DNA from: an uncultured Gammaproteobacteria bacterium | GTDB lineage: Bacteria; Pseudomonadota; Gammaproteobacteria; UBA9214 | Length of the DNA: 64,000 nucleotides | Assembly (NCBI GenBank): GCA_963773065.1 | Contig: CAVYZN010000032.1 | Span: forward strand, 192,001 to 256,000 | Direction: 5' to 3' | Shown here: piece after piece, positions 1-9,935 of the stretch | Position numbering within the stretch: position 1 is the stretch's first letter | Layout: every line of letters starts with the position of its first letter | Position numbers and translations under genes: made by a program | The notes under the pieces: generated by a model | The model's input: the letters and a program-made list of their open reading frames with translations, nothing else | The model's database searches: none | What the model was told of the DNA's origin: nothing

Positions 1-712
1 GCTCAAGGCCGAGAGGGAACTCACGCACCGCAGCGACGAGCTGGCGCGGCGGCGACAGGAACTCCCGTGGGTTCGGATCGACAAGGAGTATCGATTCGAG
101 ACCGATGAACGCAGCGCCTCGCTGGCAGACCTCTTTAGAGGGCGCTCGCAGCTCCTCATGTACCACTTCATGTTCGGGCCCGACTACACGGCGGGGTGTC
201 CCTCCTGCTCGGCAATCGCGGACGGTTTCAACGGGTCCGTCGTGCACCTAGCCAACCATGACGTGACGCTCTGTGCGGTGTCGCGGGCGCCACTCGCGAA
301 GCTTCAGGCGTACAAGCGGCGGATGGGCTGGAGCTTCCCTTGGGCTTCGTCGTTCGGCAGCGACTTCAACCACGACTTCGGTGTGGAGTACACGGAGGCC
401 GAACAGCGGGCAGGAGTGCTCGATTACAACTTCGCAACGACCGAGTGGCCACCGGTGCCGGTGGACCAGCAGGAAGGGCCGCTCGCAGAGATCCCAGCCA
501 GCGTCGGTTTGGACTGGGCGACGTACGCGCGCGAGAGGTTTGGCGTGAGCGCGTTCGTGCTCGAGGATGGCGTCGTCTACCACACCTATTCCGCCTATTC
601 GCGCGGAGTGGACGGCCTCTGGGGCGCGTACCAGTGGCTCAATCGTGCCCCCAAGGGACGCAACGAGACCAACTACTGGTGGCGCCGCCATGACGAGTAC
701 GACAAGCGCTGA
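1..712 (+). CDS. DUF899 thioredoxin-like protein (5' truncated by window edge)
   Basis: Frame is open from the window start; motifs YHFMFGPD, GCPSCS, AVSRAP, MGWSFPW and YHTYS are typical of DUF899. Confidence 0.85.
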   Translation, partial: LKAERELTHRSDELARRRQELPWVRIDKEYRFETDERSASLADLFRGRSQLLMYHFMFGPDYTAGCPSCSAIADGFNGSVVHLANHDVTLCAVSRAPLAKLQAYKRRMGWSFPWASSFGSDFNHDFGVEYTEAEQRAGVLDYNFATTEWPPVPVDQQEGPLAEIPASVGLDWATYARERFGVSAFVLEDGVVYHTYSAYSRGVDGLWGAYQWLNRAPKGRNETNYWWRRHDEYDKR

Positions 713-757
713 GCCAAGTAGTGGTGTCATGTTGATGGCACAACCTGGGGGCAGGAA

Positions 758-1561
758 ATGTCACGACGCATGATTCCCGAGCGAGCATCCCAGCGAACCT
801 TCTTCGGCGTCTCAGCGCTGCTCGTTGCCGCCAGCGCGGCGGTAACTATCGTCTGGTGCACATCCATGTCGGCAATGGGCGGTATGCCCATGCCCGGCGA
901 CTGGACGATGTCGATGGCGTGGATGCGGATGCCCGGACAGACGTGGCCCGGCGCCGCGGCGTCGTTCCTCGGCATGTGGATCGTGATGATGGTAGCGATG
1001 ATGCTACCGTCCTTGGCCCCAATGCTGTGGCGCTACCGCCAGGCCGTAGGCAGCACAGGCGAGACGCACCTGGGTCCGCTGACCGCGCTCGTGGGCGTGG
1101 GTTACTTCTTCGTCTGGACCATCTTCGGAATGGTCGCTTTTCCGTTGGGCGTCGCGCTGGCGGCGGTTGAGATGCAGATGCCGGTGCTGGCGCGCACCGT
1201 TCCGATCGCGGTCGGCGTGTTAATCGTCATCGCCGGCGCGCTCCAGTTCAGCGCGTGGAAGGCGCGTCACCTCACCTGCTGCCGGGAGGCGCCCGGGCGC
1301 GGTCGTACGTTGCCGACCGACGCCGGCACGGCCTGGCGACATGGCCTGCGCATCGGACTTCACTGCAGCCGCTGCTGTGTCGGTTTCATGGCGATTCTCC
1401 TGGTCATCGGGGTCATGGACCTTCGCGCGATGGCTGTCGTGGCCGCAGCCATCACCGTCGAACGGGTTGCACCGGCCGGTGAGCGCGTCGCGCAAGCCAT
1501 CGGGGCCGTCCTCGTCGGGGCAGGGTTGTTCTTGATCGCGCGAGCAGCTGGGCTCGGATGA
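758..1561 (+). CDS. DUF2182 predicted metal-binding integral membrane protein
   Basis: Met-rich MWIVMMVAMMLPS, multiple TM segments and a Cys cluster; usual neighbour of DUF899. Confidence 0.8.
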   Translation: MSRRMIPERASQRTFFGVSALLVAASAAVTIVWCTSMSAMGGMPMPGDWTMSMAWMRMPGQTWPGAAASFLGMWIVMMVAMMLPSLAPMLWRYRQAVGSTGETHLGPLTALVGVGYFFVWTIFGMVAFPLGVALAAVEMQMPVLARTVPIAVGVLIVIAGALQFSAWKARHLTCCREAPGRGRTLPTDAGTAWRHGLRIGLHCSRCCVGFMAILLVIGVMDLRAMAVVAAAITVERVAPAGERVAQAIGAVLVGAGLFLIARAAGLG

Positions 1562-1691
1562 TGATCTGCGTCCACTCGACAGGAGGTCCGCAAACGTAGC
1601 GGAGACGGCGGCGTTTCTGGCCTCGGACCGGGCTCGCGCTATGACCGGAAGAGTCACAAGACGTGTGGATCACTCGTGGATTGACCAAACC

Positions 1692-1775
1692 GCCTAACAC
1701 ATATGAGGCCTCCGCTTTGCGGGGGTTCCCTCGTTCGCTTCGCTCACTCGGCACCGGTGAGCGCGGGCGTTAGAG
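1692..1775 (+). repeat. attC site (left arm disrupted)
   Basis: R'' GCCTAAC 1692-1698 and R' GTTAGAG 1769-1775; R' is complementary to the next cassette's CTCTAAC at 2362. Confidence 0.75.
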
Positions 1776-1818
1776 CACTCTTTTAAGCCAATCAGATTCT
1801 GGCTATAATCTGGCCAGA

Positions 1819-2109
1819 ATGCGATTCGAAATCATACTTTCGCCAGAAGCGGTTGAAGACCTTCGAAGGCTCAAGGCGAAGTTTCGGTCTGAGGTTCGCG
1901 ATGCACTTACCCACCTACGGAACGAGCCCAAGAAGACAAGTCGAAGCCGAATCAAGCGGTTACGTGGTCTCACCAAGCCGCAATATAGGCTTCGAGTTGG
2001 TGAATGGCGTATCTTCTATGATGTGTCCGGATCGACGGTGGAGATTCTGGCGATAGTGCAAAAATCGGAGGCAGAGTCATGGCTGGCCCAGTTCGGAAAT
2101 CACGAGTAA
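1819..2109 (+). CDS. RelE/ParE family toxin (TA cassette)
   Basis: 96 aa with YRLRVGEWRIFYDV motif. Confidence 0.85.
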   Translation: MRFEIILSPEAVEDLRRLKAKFRSEVRDALTHLRNEPKKTSRSRIKRLRGLTKPQYRLRVGEWRIFYDVSGSTVEILAIVQKSEAESWLAQFGNHE

Positions 2110-2354
2110 AGAAGGCTTCCTTATCGGAAGTTAAAGATGATCTATCCAGGTTTCTCCGTGAAGCGGAGAAACAAGATGTTCTCATAACCCGTCATGGCAA
2201 GCCGGCAGGCATCCTGATTGGGTTTGCATCTGAAGAGGATTGGTTTGATTATCGCTTGGAAAACGATCCAAGTTTTCTGGAGAGAATTGAATCTGCCCGA
2301 GCAAGTTTGCGTGCTGGGCGCGGAGTGAGGCTTGAAGATGTAAAAATCAAGTGA
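2079..2354 (+). CDS. Phd/YefM family antitoxin (true start probably near 2106)
   Basis: SLSEVKDDLSRFL...VLITRHGKPAGILI; overlaps the toxin stop. Confidence 0.85.
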   Translation: MAGPVRKSRVKKASLSEVKDDLSRFLREAEKQDVLITRHGKPAGILIGFASEEDWFDYRLENDPSFLERIESARASLRAGRGVRLEDVKIK

Positions 2355-2361
2355 CGCCGCG

Positions 2362-2430
2362 CTCTAACAACACGATTGACTGGGACGCGTCGCAAAAGAC
2401 ACGCCGCGCCCGTCATCGTAGTCGTTATGC
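2362..2430 (+). repeat. attC site
   Basis: CTCTAAC ... imperfect palindrome (ACGATTGAC/GTCATCGT) ... GTTATGC. Confidence 0.85.
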
Positions 2431-2524
2431 GCTGGGTGCTGTCGAAATTGAGCCTGCTCGTTCGTCTACTACATGCCACTTCCGGCGTATACCCGCTTCA
2501 CGGACTACTCTATAAAAAGGAAAT

Positions 2525-2977
2525 ATGCTCATGACCACGAACACCGTCCAGTTCCACCGCGTGCTCCGCGCGACGCCCGAAAAAATCTACCGAGCCTTCC
2601 TTGACGCGGACGCAATGGCAAGGTGGCTTCCACCGAGCGGATTCACTGCCAAGGTTCACCATATGGACGCAAAAGTCGGTGGCACCTATAAGATGTCGTT
2701 CACGAACTTCACCACAGGCCACAGCCACTCTTTCGGCGGCACATATCTCGAACTCGCGCCACACAACCGCATTCGTTACACGTCGAAATTCGACGATCCG
2801 AACTTGGTCGGAGAAATGCAAACGACGATAACCTTGAAGAAAGTATCCTGTGGGGCTGAGTTAAACATCGTGCAAGAAGGCATCCCCAACGTCATTCCCA
2901 CTGACGCGTGTTATCTCGGCTGGCAGGAGTCGCTCGCTATTCTGGCGAAACTTGTCGAACCAGAGATTCCAGACTAG
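2525..2977 (+). CDS. SRPBCC/AHSA1 family protein (cassette)
   Basis: HRVLRATPEKIYRAFLD...GWQESL. Confidence 0.85.
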   Translation: MLMTTNTVQFHRVLRATPEKIYRAFLDADAMARWLPPSGFTAKVHHMDAKVGGTYKMSFTNFTTGHSHSFGGTYLELAPHNRIRYTSKFDDPNLVGEMQTTITLKKVSCGAELNIVQEGIPNVIPTDACYLGWQESLAILAKLVEPEIPD

Positions 2978-4140
2978 TGTACTGCTTCGTAATTAATGGA
3001 ACTAAAAAGTGGGCTCTGTTGTCTCACCACCAAATGACAGGCAGGAGCCTCCTGATGCGCATAGCCCCGAAAATCATGCTGAGCAGTGAAGAAGAAAAGA
3101 CACTGAGGCGACTCGCGCGCTCGAATACGGCGAGTGTACGCATGGCGCGGCGTGCGCGAATGATCTTGCTGGCGGCGGCCGGCAAGGACAACACGACGAT
3201 TGCCACTGAGCTGGGCATTGGCCGGGTGCAGGTGGGGCGTTGGCGGGAACGCTATGTCGAAGGCGGGTTGGCGGCCATCGAACAGGATCTGCCCCGTGGT
3301 GGGCGCAAACCCACGGTGGATGCGGCCGAGATTGTCCGCTTGACCACCCAGACCACGCCCAAGGCGGCGACCCACTGGAGCACGCGCACGCTGGCCAGGG
3401 AAGTCGGGGTGAGTGACACCACGGTATTGCGGGTGTGGCAGGCGCATGGCCTGAAACCGCATCGCGTCGAGACCTTCAAGGTTTCTCGCGATCCGAGGTT
3501 CATCGAGAAACTGGAAGACATCGTCGGGCTTTATCTCTCGCCACCGGAACACGCCCTGGTGCTGTGTTGCGATGAGAAAAGCCAGGTCCAGGCGCTGGAC
3601 CGAACCCAGCCGGGGCTGCCCCTGAAGAAGGGCCGGGCGGCCACCATGACGCATGACTACAAACGCCATGGCACGACCACGCTGTTCGCCGCCCTCAACA
3701 TCCTGGATGGCCAGGTGATCGCCAGTTGCCAGCAACACCACCGTCATCTCGAATGGCTCGACTTCCTGAAGAAAATCGACCGGGAAACGCACAAGGGAAA
3801 GGAACTGCACTTGGTGTGTGACAACTACGCCACCCATAAGCACCCCAAGGTCGTGGAATGGCTCGATAAACATTCGCGCTTCCACATCCACTTCACACCG
3901 ACTTCGGCCTCCTGGTTGAACATGGTTGAACGCTTCTTCCGTGACATCACCACCGAGCGCCTGCGCCGCGGCGTCTTTACCAGCGTCCCGGAACTCACCG
4001 CCGCCATTCATGAATACGTCGCCGCGCACAATGAAAACCCGAAACCCTTCATCTGGACGGCAAAGGCCAACGACATCCTGCAGAAAGTCGTTCGCGCCAA
4101 TCGCCGTTTAAGTTCCAAACAGAATGAAGCACTACACTAG
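2974..4140 (+). mobile_element. IS630 family insertion sequence
   Basis: Terminal IRs CTAGTGTA(C/G)TGCTTC at both ends, CTAG/TA target, DDE transposase inside. Confidence 0.9.
3055..4140 (+). CDS. IS630 transposase
   Basis: HTH N-terminus; CDEKSQVQAL, YKRHGTTTLFAAL, DNYATHK, SASWLNMVERFF. Confidence 0.92.
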   Translation: MRIAPKIMLSSEEEKTLRRLARSNTASVRMARRARMILLAAAGKDNTTIATELGIGRVQVGRWRERYVEGGLAAIEQDLPRGGRKPTVDAAEIVRLTTQTTPKAATHWSTRTLAREVGVSDTTVLRVWQAHGLKPHRVETFKVSRDPRFIEKLEDIVGLYLSPPEHALVLCCDEKSQVQALDRTQPGLPLKKGRAATMTHDYKRHGTTTLFAALNILDGQVIASCQQHHRHLEWLDFLKKIDRETHKGKELHLVCDNYATHKHPKVVEWLDKHSRFHIHFTPTSASWLNMVERFFRDITTERLRRGVFTSVPELTAAIHEYVAAHNENPKPFIWTAKANDILQKVVRANRRLSSKQNEALH

Positions 4141-4201
4141 CTTGAGCGTTATGGCTTTAATGTATACATTGTGCTGCAACAATCCCTACGGAGGTGATCA
4201 G

Positions 4202-4450
4202 ATGCGACCGGATCAAATCAAAAACGAAATTAACAGGCTGGATTTATCGGAAAAGTTGCTTCTCGTTTAAGATATTTTGGACTCTATCGCCACCAGCAAT
4301 TCTGAAATCCCCATGCTGGAGTGGCAAAAACAAGAGCTGGATAGAAGATACAAAGAATACAAGGAAGGGAATTTGGGGCTTCATGATTGGAAGGCGGTAC
4401 ACGAGGGTCTGCGTGATAACTACAAATGGAACTACGTTACTCGGACAGCA
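4202..4450 (+). pseudogene. Addiction-module antitoxin pseudogene plus a stub of the toxin start
   Basis: MRPDQIKNEINRLDLSEKLLLV*DILDSI...EWQKQELDRR has an in-frame TAA; MELRYSD then runs into an attC-like hairpin. Confidence 0.6.
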
Positions 4451-4542
4451 AAAAGCGCCGCGCCTTCGTCGCTCCGCTTTTGACTGCCGGTTATAGCGAG
4501 CGGTATCAACCATAAGTCGAGCACAACCATCCGGAGATAAAC

Positions 4543-4926
4543 ATGACACGAGATCAAAAACTCAAATACCTCAGTGTTGCTCTGTGGATTTTCGGTATCA
4601 TTTTCATCGTTGGTATTTATGCCATGATGATGTGGATCTGGCCATCGGGCTGGGGCTGGGAGCCTCGTCAGCCGGAGTATGAACAGATGATTATGGGGAT
4701 ATATGCAACTTTGGGTGTATTTCTCATCCTTGCAGCAAGAAATCCAATGGAAAATCTGAGCCTGATATGGTTCACCATCTGGTCAAGTTTCGTGCATGGC
4801 GGAATCATGCTTGTTCAGGCTATTGAGGACGAAAACGAGCGAGCAAACCTTCTCGGTGATGTTCCAGCACTATTTCTGGTCGCAATTGTACTGTGGGTTT
4901 TGGTACCTAAGAAGCGTGAAGCATAA
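4543..4926 (+). CDS. Small 4-TM membrane protein (DUF6632-like, cassette)
   Basis: Hydrophobic 127 aa ORF with GGAG RBS, followed by attC. Confidence 0.65.
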   Translation: MTRDQKLKYLSVALWIFGIIFIVGIYAMMMWIWPSGWGWEPRQPEYEQMIMGIYATLGVFLILAARNPMENLSLIWFTIWSSFVHGGIMLVQAIEDENERANLLGDVPALFLVAIVLWVLVPKKREA

Positions 4927-4934
4927 CCACAGGC

Positions 4935-5010
4935 TGCTAACAAAGGGCTCCACGCGGATTGCCTGCAGCGCTGGCGCGCTTTCGGGAATTGGTGAGCCCT
5001 CGCGTTGGGC
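4935..5010 (+). repeat. attC site
   Basis: TGCTAAC..GGGCTCCAC / GTGAGCCC..GTTGGGC; R' complements the next R'' GCCCAAC. Confidence 0.8.
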
Positions 5011-5105
5011 ATCCAAGAATCTAGGAGATTTCGCGCCGGAGTTGATCCTGGCTAAAGCCTGCGCTCTGGACCTCGTCGTCGTGCAAACCACCAAGGAGGT
5101 GCATC

Positions 5106-5540
5106 ATGAGCAACGAAAAAGTTTACAAAGGTAGCTGCTTTTGCGGCGCGGTTCAGTTTACGGTCAGCGGTGAGCCGGCCGCAATGGGTTATTGCCATTG
5201 TGAGTCGTGCCGAAGCTGGTCGGCAGGGCCTGTCAACGCCTTCACTTTATGGAAACCCGAAGCGGTGCAGATCACGCGGGGAGCAGACAACATCGGCACT
5301 TACAACAAGACGCCGCGCAGTTATCGCAAATGGTGCAAGACGTGTGGAGGCCACCTCTTCACTGAGCATCCCGGCTGGGGACTCACCGACGTGTATGCAG
5401 CGGTCATTCCTGACTTCCCGTACCACGCCGGCATCCATGTCAACTATCAGGAGACGAAGCTGCACATCAAGGACGGGTTGCCGAAGATGAAGGACTTTCC
5501 GAAGGAAATGGGTGGATCGGGCGTCAGCGTAGCGGAATAA
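5106..5540 (+). CDS. GFA/CENP-V family Zn protein (cassette)
   Basis: GSCFCGAV, YCHCESCR, WCKTCGG. Confidence 0.9.
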   Translation: MSNEKVYKGSCFCGAVQFTVSGEPAAMGYCHCESCRSWSAGPVNAFTLWKPEAVQITRGADNIGTYNKTPRSYRKWCKTCGGHLFTEHPGWGLTDVYAAVIPDFPYHAGIHVNYQETKLHIKDGLPKMKDFPKEMGGSGVSVAE

Positions 5541-5574
5541 CACATTCGGCTCTTCAAGCTCCACTATCCCAGGC

Positions 5575-5651
5575 GCCCAACAAGGCGCTCCAGCAGCCGT
5601 CTTGCCTTAGCTTCGCTGCGGCAAGACGGCGGCTGAGCTTCGTCGATAGCC
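5575..5651 (+). repeat. attC site with mutated core (GAT instead of GTT)
   Basis: GCCCAAC..CAGCCGTCTTGCC/GGCAAGACGGCGGCTG..GATAGCC; the next R'' GGCTAAC predicts GTTAGCC. Confidence 0.8.
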
Positions 5652-5698
5652 AAAAGAATCAGCTTGCATCGTGTAATCCAGTGGATTACCTTTAATGC

Positions 5699-6055
5699 GT
5701 GCTGACTACTATCACCGAAATGCCTGAGTATATTCGCCGCGCCAATGAACTCCTCAGCGAATCAGAACGTAAATCGGTCATTGACTACTTTGCTGCACAT
5801 CCGCGAGCTGGCGACCTCATGGAGGGTACTGGCGGAATTCGGAAATTGCGCTGGTGGCGTGGAACCAAAGGTAAAAGTGGTGGCGTTCGCGTCATCTTTT
5901 ACTACCACGATGAACGTATTCCTTTATATCTATTGACTGTTTTTGGAAAGAACGAACGCGCTAACTTGTCAAAAGCGGAGCGAAACGAGTTGGCCAAATT
6001 GGTAAATGTGCTGGTACGTACCGCACTGGAGAAATCTCATGGCAACAGCATATGA
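5699..6055 (+). CDS. RelE/HigB-like toxin (TA cassette)
   Basis: GTGGIRKLRW, GKSGGVRVIFYY, LLTVFGKNE. Confidence 0.88.
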   Translation: MLTTITEMPEYIRRANELLSESERKSVIDYFAAHPRAGDLMEGTGGIRKLRWWRGTKGKSGGVRVIFYYHDERIPLYLLTVFGKNERANLSKAERNELAKLVNVLVRTALEKSHGNSI

Positions 6056-6323
6056 CAGCATCGCGAAAGGTCTGCGTGAGGCCATTGACCTCAACAAGGG
6101 CAAGCCTGTCGCCGCAAAGACCCACCGCCCTGAAGAAATTGACGTTGCACAGTTGCGCCATAGCTTAGGTTTGACGCAGACTGAGTTTGCAGCCAAATTC
6201 TGCATCAGCCTTGGCACGCTTCGGCATTGGGAGCGAGGCGATCGAAAGCCTCATGGCCCTGCACTTGCCTTGCTGCACATCGTAGCCAAGGAGCCTAAAG
6301 CCGTTCTTAGAGCTTTGGGCTAA
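6039..6323 (+). CDS. XRE-HTH antitoxin (HigA-like)
   Basis: LGLTQTEFA...TLRHWERGDRKP. Confidence 0.88.
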   Translation: MATAYDSIAKGLREAIDLNKGKPVAAKTHRPEEIDVAQLRHSLGLTQTEFAAKFCISLGTLRHWERGDRKPHGPALALLHIVAKEPKAVLRALG

Positions 6324-6324
6324 C

Positions 6325-7911
6325 ACATATGAGGCCCCCGTCTGTCAACGGGCACGAACAAACGATACCGGTGACTAAAGTGCCAGTACCAATAACATCC
6401 GGCGTTACAGGTGATCTGCCTTTCAATTCAAGGACAGGTTCTGCCCTAAACACATATAGAGAGTCATAGTCAGGCCCATTGGACCTGTTGCTCTAGAATC
6501 AATTCAAGTTCTCCTTCTACCGGCTCATTCATGAGTGACAAGGGCTTGATCATAGGAATGATCATCCAGTTAGTACCGAGCTCGGGTAAGGCGCAGGACC
6601 TGAAAACCGGGTAAAGGGTGGAAGCACATGCAGGCACTAATCAATGCGCAAAGGCTATCACGCGGCGCAGACGGACAGGATTGAGTAGTCGATGCTACAA
6701 AGGTCGCGGTCCGCACGTGCTTTCGCGTATCGACGCCAGTTAGACGAGGAGTTGCCTGCATGCCTTCCATTAACTGTTCAGAAAACGCTGCTGGTCGAAC
6801 ACCGTTTTCCGCTGCAGCATAAAATAAACCGCCCGCCCCAGCTTGTGGGCCAGGATGGTTAAGGCCCGGGCCTTGTTGTGCTTGTTGGCCATCTCTTCCA
6901 ACCAGGCTTGCGCATCGGGGTTCTTGCGCAGAAAGAGCACGGCGGCTTCACTGAAGGCCCACTTCAGGTAGGCGTTGCCGATCTTCCTGCCAGTGGTGCC
7001 ATAGGACTTACCGGCAGACTCTTTCTTGCATTTGATCAGCCGGCTGTAAGAGGCGAAGTCCTGCACCGTCGGGAAGCGTTCAATGGTGTGGATCTCATAG
7101 AGGATGACCAGTGACAGGATTTCACCGATGCCGGGTACGGTGCGCAGGAGAATCAGGCTGTGCTGGTCACAGCTCCTGGCGTGCTGGAGGATATGCCATT
7201 CCACCTTGCTGAGTTGTTTATCGTAGAAGTCGATGAGGTTCAGGTCCAGTTCGATGCTTTTTTGCACACTGGGATCGGCGAAGCGTTCGGCGATGCCAGC
7301 CCGATTGAAGGCATAACGGAGATTCTTCTTGATTTCCGGAAGGTTGTACTGGCTGTTGGTGTTATGCACGTGTGCCAGCAATTCCGAGCGCTTGCGCATC
7401 AGGTGCATGCGCCGGCGCATAAGGTCACGAGTGCCACGCATCTCGCGCGGGTAGACATAGGCTTGTGGGAACATGCCGCCGCGCATGAGGACGGCGATTT
7501 TGTTGGAATCGATCTTATCGTTCTTTGCCTTGCCACCGTGGATGGCGCGCATATACAGGGCGTGCCCAAGAATGAAGGCGATGCCTTTCTCACGGCACAG
7601 GTCAGCGACCCAGTACCAGGAGAACATGCACTCCACCCCGATCACCAGATCATCCCGATAAGGGGTAATGAGTTTCAGCAGCGCTTCGGGATTGGCTTTG
7701 ATGTTCTTGTGGACCAGCAAGTTACCCTCCTGGTCCAGGATACAGACATAGAGCATACGGGCATGCAGATCGATACCGCAGTAATATTTGTGTGGTTGCG
7801 TGTAGAATTTCATCGAGGTCTCCTCCTTCGTCGTAGTGCATGTGACACTAATAGGATGGTAGGTTATACCTCCCAAGCCTGAAATCGCGGGGGGAGGCCT
7901 CAATGAGTATC
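6325..7911 (-). mobile_element. IS110/IS1111-type element inserted in an attC site
   Basis: Splits GGCTAAC (6318-6324) from the rest of attC (7912-7991, GTTAGGC); subterminal IRs TGAGGCC(C/T)CC; ~440 nt non-coding region 3' of the transposase. Confidence 0.85.
6770..7813 (-). CDS. IS110 family transposase (DEDD RuvC-like)
   Basis: YCGIDLH, KNDKIDS, TVPGIG, GNAYLKWAF. Confidence 0.92.
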   Translation of the reverse strand: MKFYTQPHKYYCGIDLHARMLYVCILDQEGNLLVHKNIKANPEALLKLITPYRDDLVIGVECMFSWYWVADLCREKGIAFILGHALYMRAIHGGKAKNDKIDSNKIAVLMRGGMFPQAYVYPREMRGTRDLMRRRMHLMRKRSELLAHVHNTNSQYNLPEIKKNLRYAFNRAGIAERFADPSVQKSIELDLNLIDFYDKQLSKVEWHILQHARSCDQHSLILLRTVPGIGEILSLVILYEIHTIERFPTVQDFASYSRLIKCKKESAGKSYGTTGRKIGNAYLKWAFSEAAVLFLRKNPDAQAWLEEMANKHNKARALTILAHKLGRAVYFMLQRKTVFDQQRFLNS

Positions 7912-8012
7912 AAGTCATTCAACAGGACGTTTTAAAGCGGCGCTCCTTCGTCGCCACCGATTTAAAGCGTCTGTTAATTCTTTCGTTAGGCGTTCAACCG
8001 AAGTGGCGTGAA

Positions 8013-8468
8013 ATGAACATATGGGTGGACGCGGATGCATGTCCCGTGGTGATCAAGGATATTCTGTTCAGAGCGGCGGAACGTGCCGGGGTGCAGTTGA
8101 CGCTTGTGGCTAATCAGCCTGTGCGCATACCGCCATCGCGCTGCATTAAATTGCTTCAAGTAACATCTGGTTTTGATGTCGCTGACAATGAGATAGTTAA
8201 AAGGCTTGGCGCTGGCGATCTTGTGATCACAAGCGATATACCATTGGCGGCGGAGGTGATCGATAAAGGGGGCCATGCGCTCACACCTCGCGGCGAACTG
8301 TATTCATCTGACAATATTAAAGCTCGTCTAGATATGAGAAATTATATGGATGCTCTACGAGCCAGTGGCATAGATACCGGTGGTCCGCCGGCGCTAAGCC
8401 AAAGTGATCGGAAATCTTTCGCGAATCACCTGGATAAATTATTAACCAAGCATGCAAGAAATGCCTAA
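8013..8468 (+). CDS. YaiI/YqxD (DUF188) family protein (cassette)
   Basis: [21 protein letters not shown]. Confidence 0.9.
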   Translation: MNIWVDADACPVVIKDILFRAAERAGVQLTLVANQPVRIPPSRCIKLLQVTSGFDVADNEIVKRLGAGDLVITSDIPLAAEVIDKGGHALTPRGELYSSDNIKARLDMRNYMDALRASGIDTGGPPALSQSDRKSFANHLDKLLTKHARNA

Positions 8469-8519
8469 CGAGGAAAATCCAGCCGACCTCCTTCGTCGCC
8501 GGCTGGTTAGACGTTAGGC
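8463..8519 (+). repeat. attC site (short)
   Basis: GCCTAAC..CCAGCCG/CGGCTGG..GTTAGGC. Confidence 0.8.
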
Positions 8520-8538
8520 GCAAACAAAGGAGGCAAGC

Positions 8539-9924
8539 ATGAAGCCGTTACAAGAAACAACGATCGACGAGTTCAAAGCGCACTTCCAAGGGGACGTGCT
8601 TCTTCCTGGCGATGCGGGCTACGACGAGGTGCGCCAGATCTGGAACGCCATGATCGACCGCAGGCCCGCGCTGATCGCCCGTTGCGCGTCGCCTGAAGAT
8701 GTCGTCCAGGCCGTCAAGTTCGCGCGCAAGCATCACCTGCTCGTCTCGGTCCGAGGGGGCGGGCACAACATCGCGGGCAATGCCGTCTGCGACGACGGCC
8801 TCATGATCGACCTCTCGCCGATGAAGCGCGTCCAGGTGGACCCGAACGCCCGCCGGGCGAGCGTCGAGCCCGGCTGCACCCTCGCCGACTTCGACGCGGC
8901 CGCGCAGGCGCACGGCCTCGCCACGCCGCTGGGCATCAACTCGACCACGGGCGTGGCCGGCCTGACGCTCGGCGGCGGCTTCGGCTGGCTGAGCCGGAAG
9001 TACGGCATGACCGTCGACAACCTGCTCTCCGCGGATGTCGTCACGGCGGATGGCAGTCGGGTGCACGCCAGCGAAACGGAAAACGATGGCCTCTTCTGGG
9101 GGCTGCGCGGTGGCGGTGGGAACTTCGGTATTGTCACCAGCTTCGAGTTCCAGCTCCATCCCGTCGGGCCGAACGTGCTGAGCGGGCTCATCGCCTTCCC
9201 GTTCGACCAGGCGAAGTCCGTGCTTACGCAGTTCGCCCGCTTCACCGAGACGATGCCGGACGACCTCAACGTCTGGATGGTCACTCGGAAGGCGCCCCCG
9301 CTGCCCTTTCTGCCCGAGGACATCCACGGGAAAGAGATCGTCGCGCTCGCCCTGTGCTATGCGGGCGACCCCACTGAGGGCGAGAAGCTGATCGAGCCGC
9401 TGCGCGGGTTCGGCACGGCGCACGGCGAGCACATCGGCGTGCAGCAGTATACCGCCTGGCAGCAGGTCTTCGATCCGCTCCTGACGCGGGGTGCGCGCAA
9501 CTACTGGAAGTCGCATAACTTCTCGCGGCTCGGCGACGGCGCGATCGACGCCATCATCGAATACGCCGGCACGCTGCCGTCGCCGCAGTGCGAGATCTTC
9601 GTCGGCACGATCGGCGGCCAGACGACCCGCGTAGCACCCGAGACGATGGCCTACTCGAGCCGGGACGCCAACTACGTGATGAACGTGCACGCCCGCTGGG
9701 AGTCGGCCGCCGAGGACGAGCGCTGCATCGCCTGGGCGCGCGAATTCTTCGCCAAGTCACAGCCGTTCGCCAGCGGCGGCGCGTACATCAACTTCCTCAC
9801 CCAAGACGAGACCGACCGCATCGCGTTCGCGTACGGTGCCACGTACAACCGGCTGGTGGATCTCAAGAAGAAGTACGACCCGACGAACCTCTTCCGGATG
9901 AACCAGAACATCAAGCCGGTCTGA
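8539..9924 (+). CDS. FAD-binding oxidoreductase (BBE domain)
   Basis: VRGGGHN, GLTLGGGFG, GGGGNFGIVT, C-terminal YDPTNLFRMNQNI. Confidence 0.9.
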   Translation: MKPLQETTIDEFKAHFQGDVLLPGDAGYDEVRQIWNAMIDRRPALIARCASPEDVVQAVKFARKHHLLVSVRGGGHNIAGNAVCDDGLMIDLSPMKRVQVDPNARRASVEPGCTLADFDAAAQAHGLATPLGINSTTGVAGLTLGGGFGWLSRKYGMTVDNLLSADVVTADGSRVHASETENDGLFWGLRGGGGNFGIVTSFEFQLHPVGPNVLSGLIAFPFDQAKSVLTQFARFTETMPDDLNVWMVTRKAPPLPFLPEDIHGKEIVALALCYAGDPTEGEKLIEPLRGFGTAHGEHIGVQQYTAWQQVFDPLLTRGARNYWKSHNFSRLGDGAIDAIIEYAGTLPSPQCEIFVGTIGGQTTRVAPETMAYSSRDANYVMNVHARWESAAEDERCIAWAREFFAKSQPFASGGAYINFLTQDETDRIAFAYGATYNRLVDLKKKYDPTNLFRMNQNIKPV

Positions 9925-9935
9925 AATGGGGACTC

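Noticed and set aside
1692-8519. CRISPR array
   Set aside because: The repeats are dissimilar imperfect palindromes separated by whole genes, i.e. attC sites; no cas genes are present.
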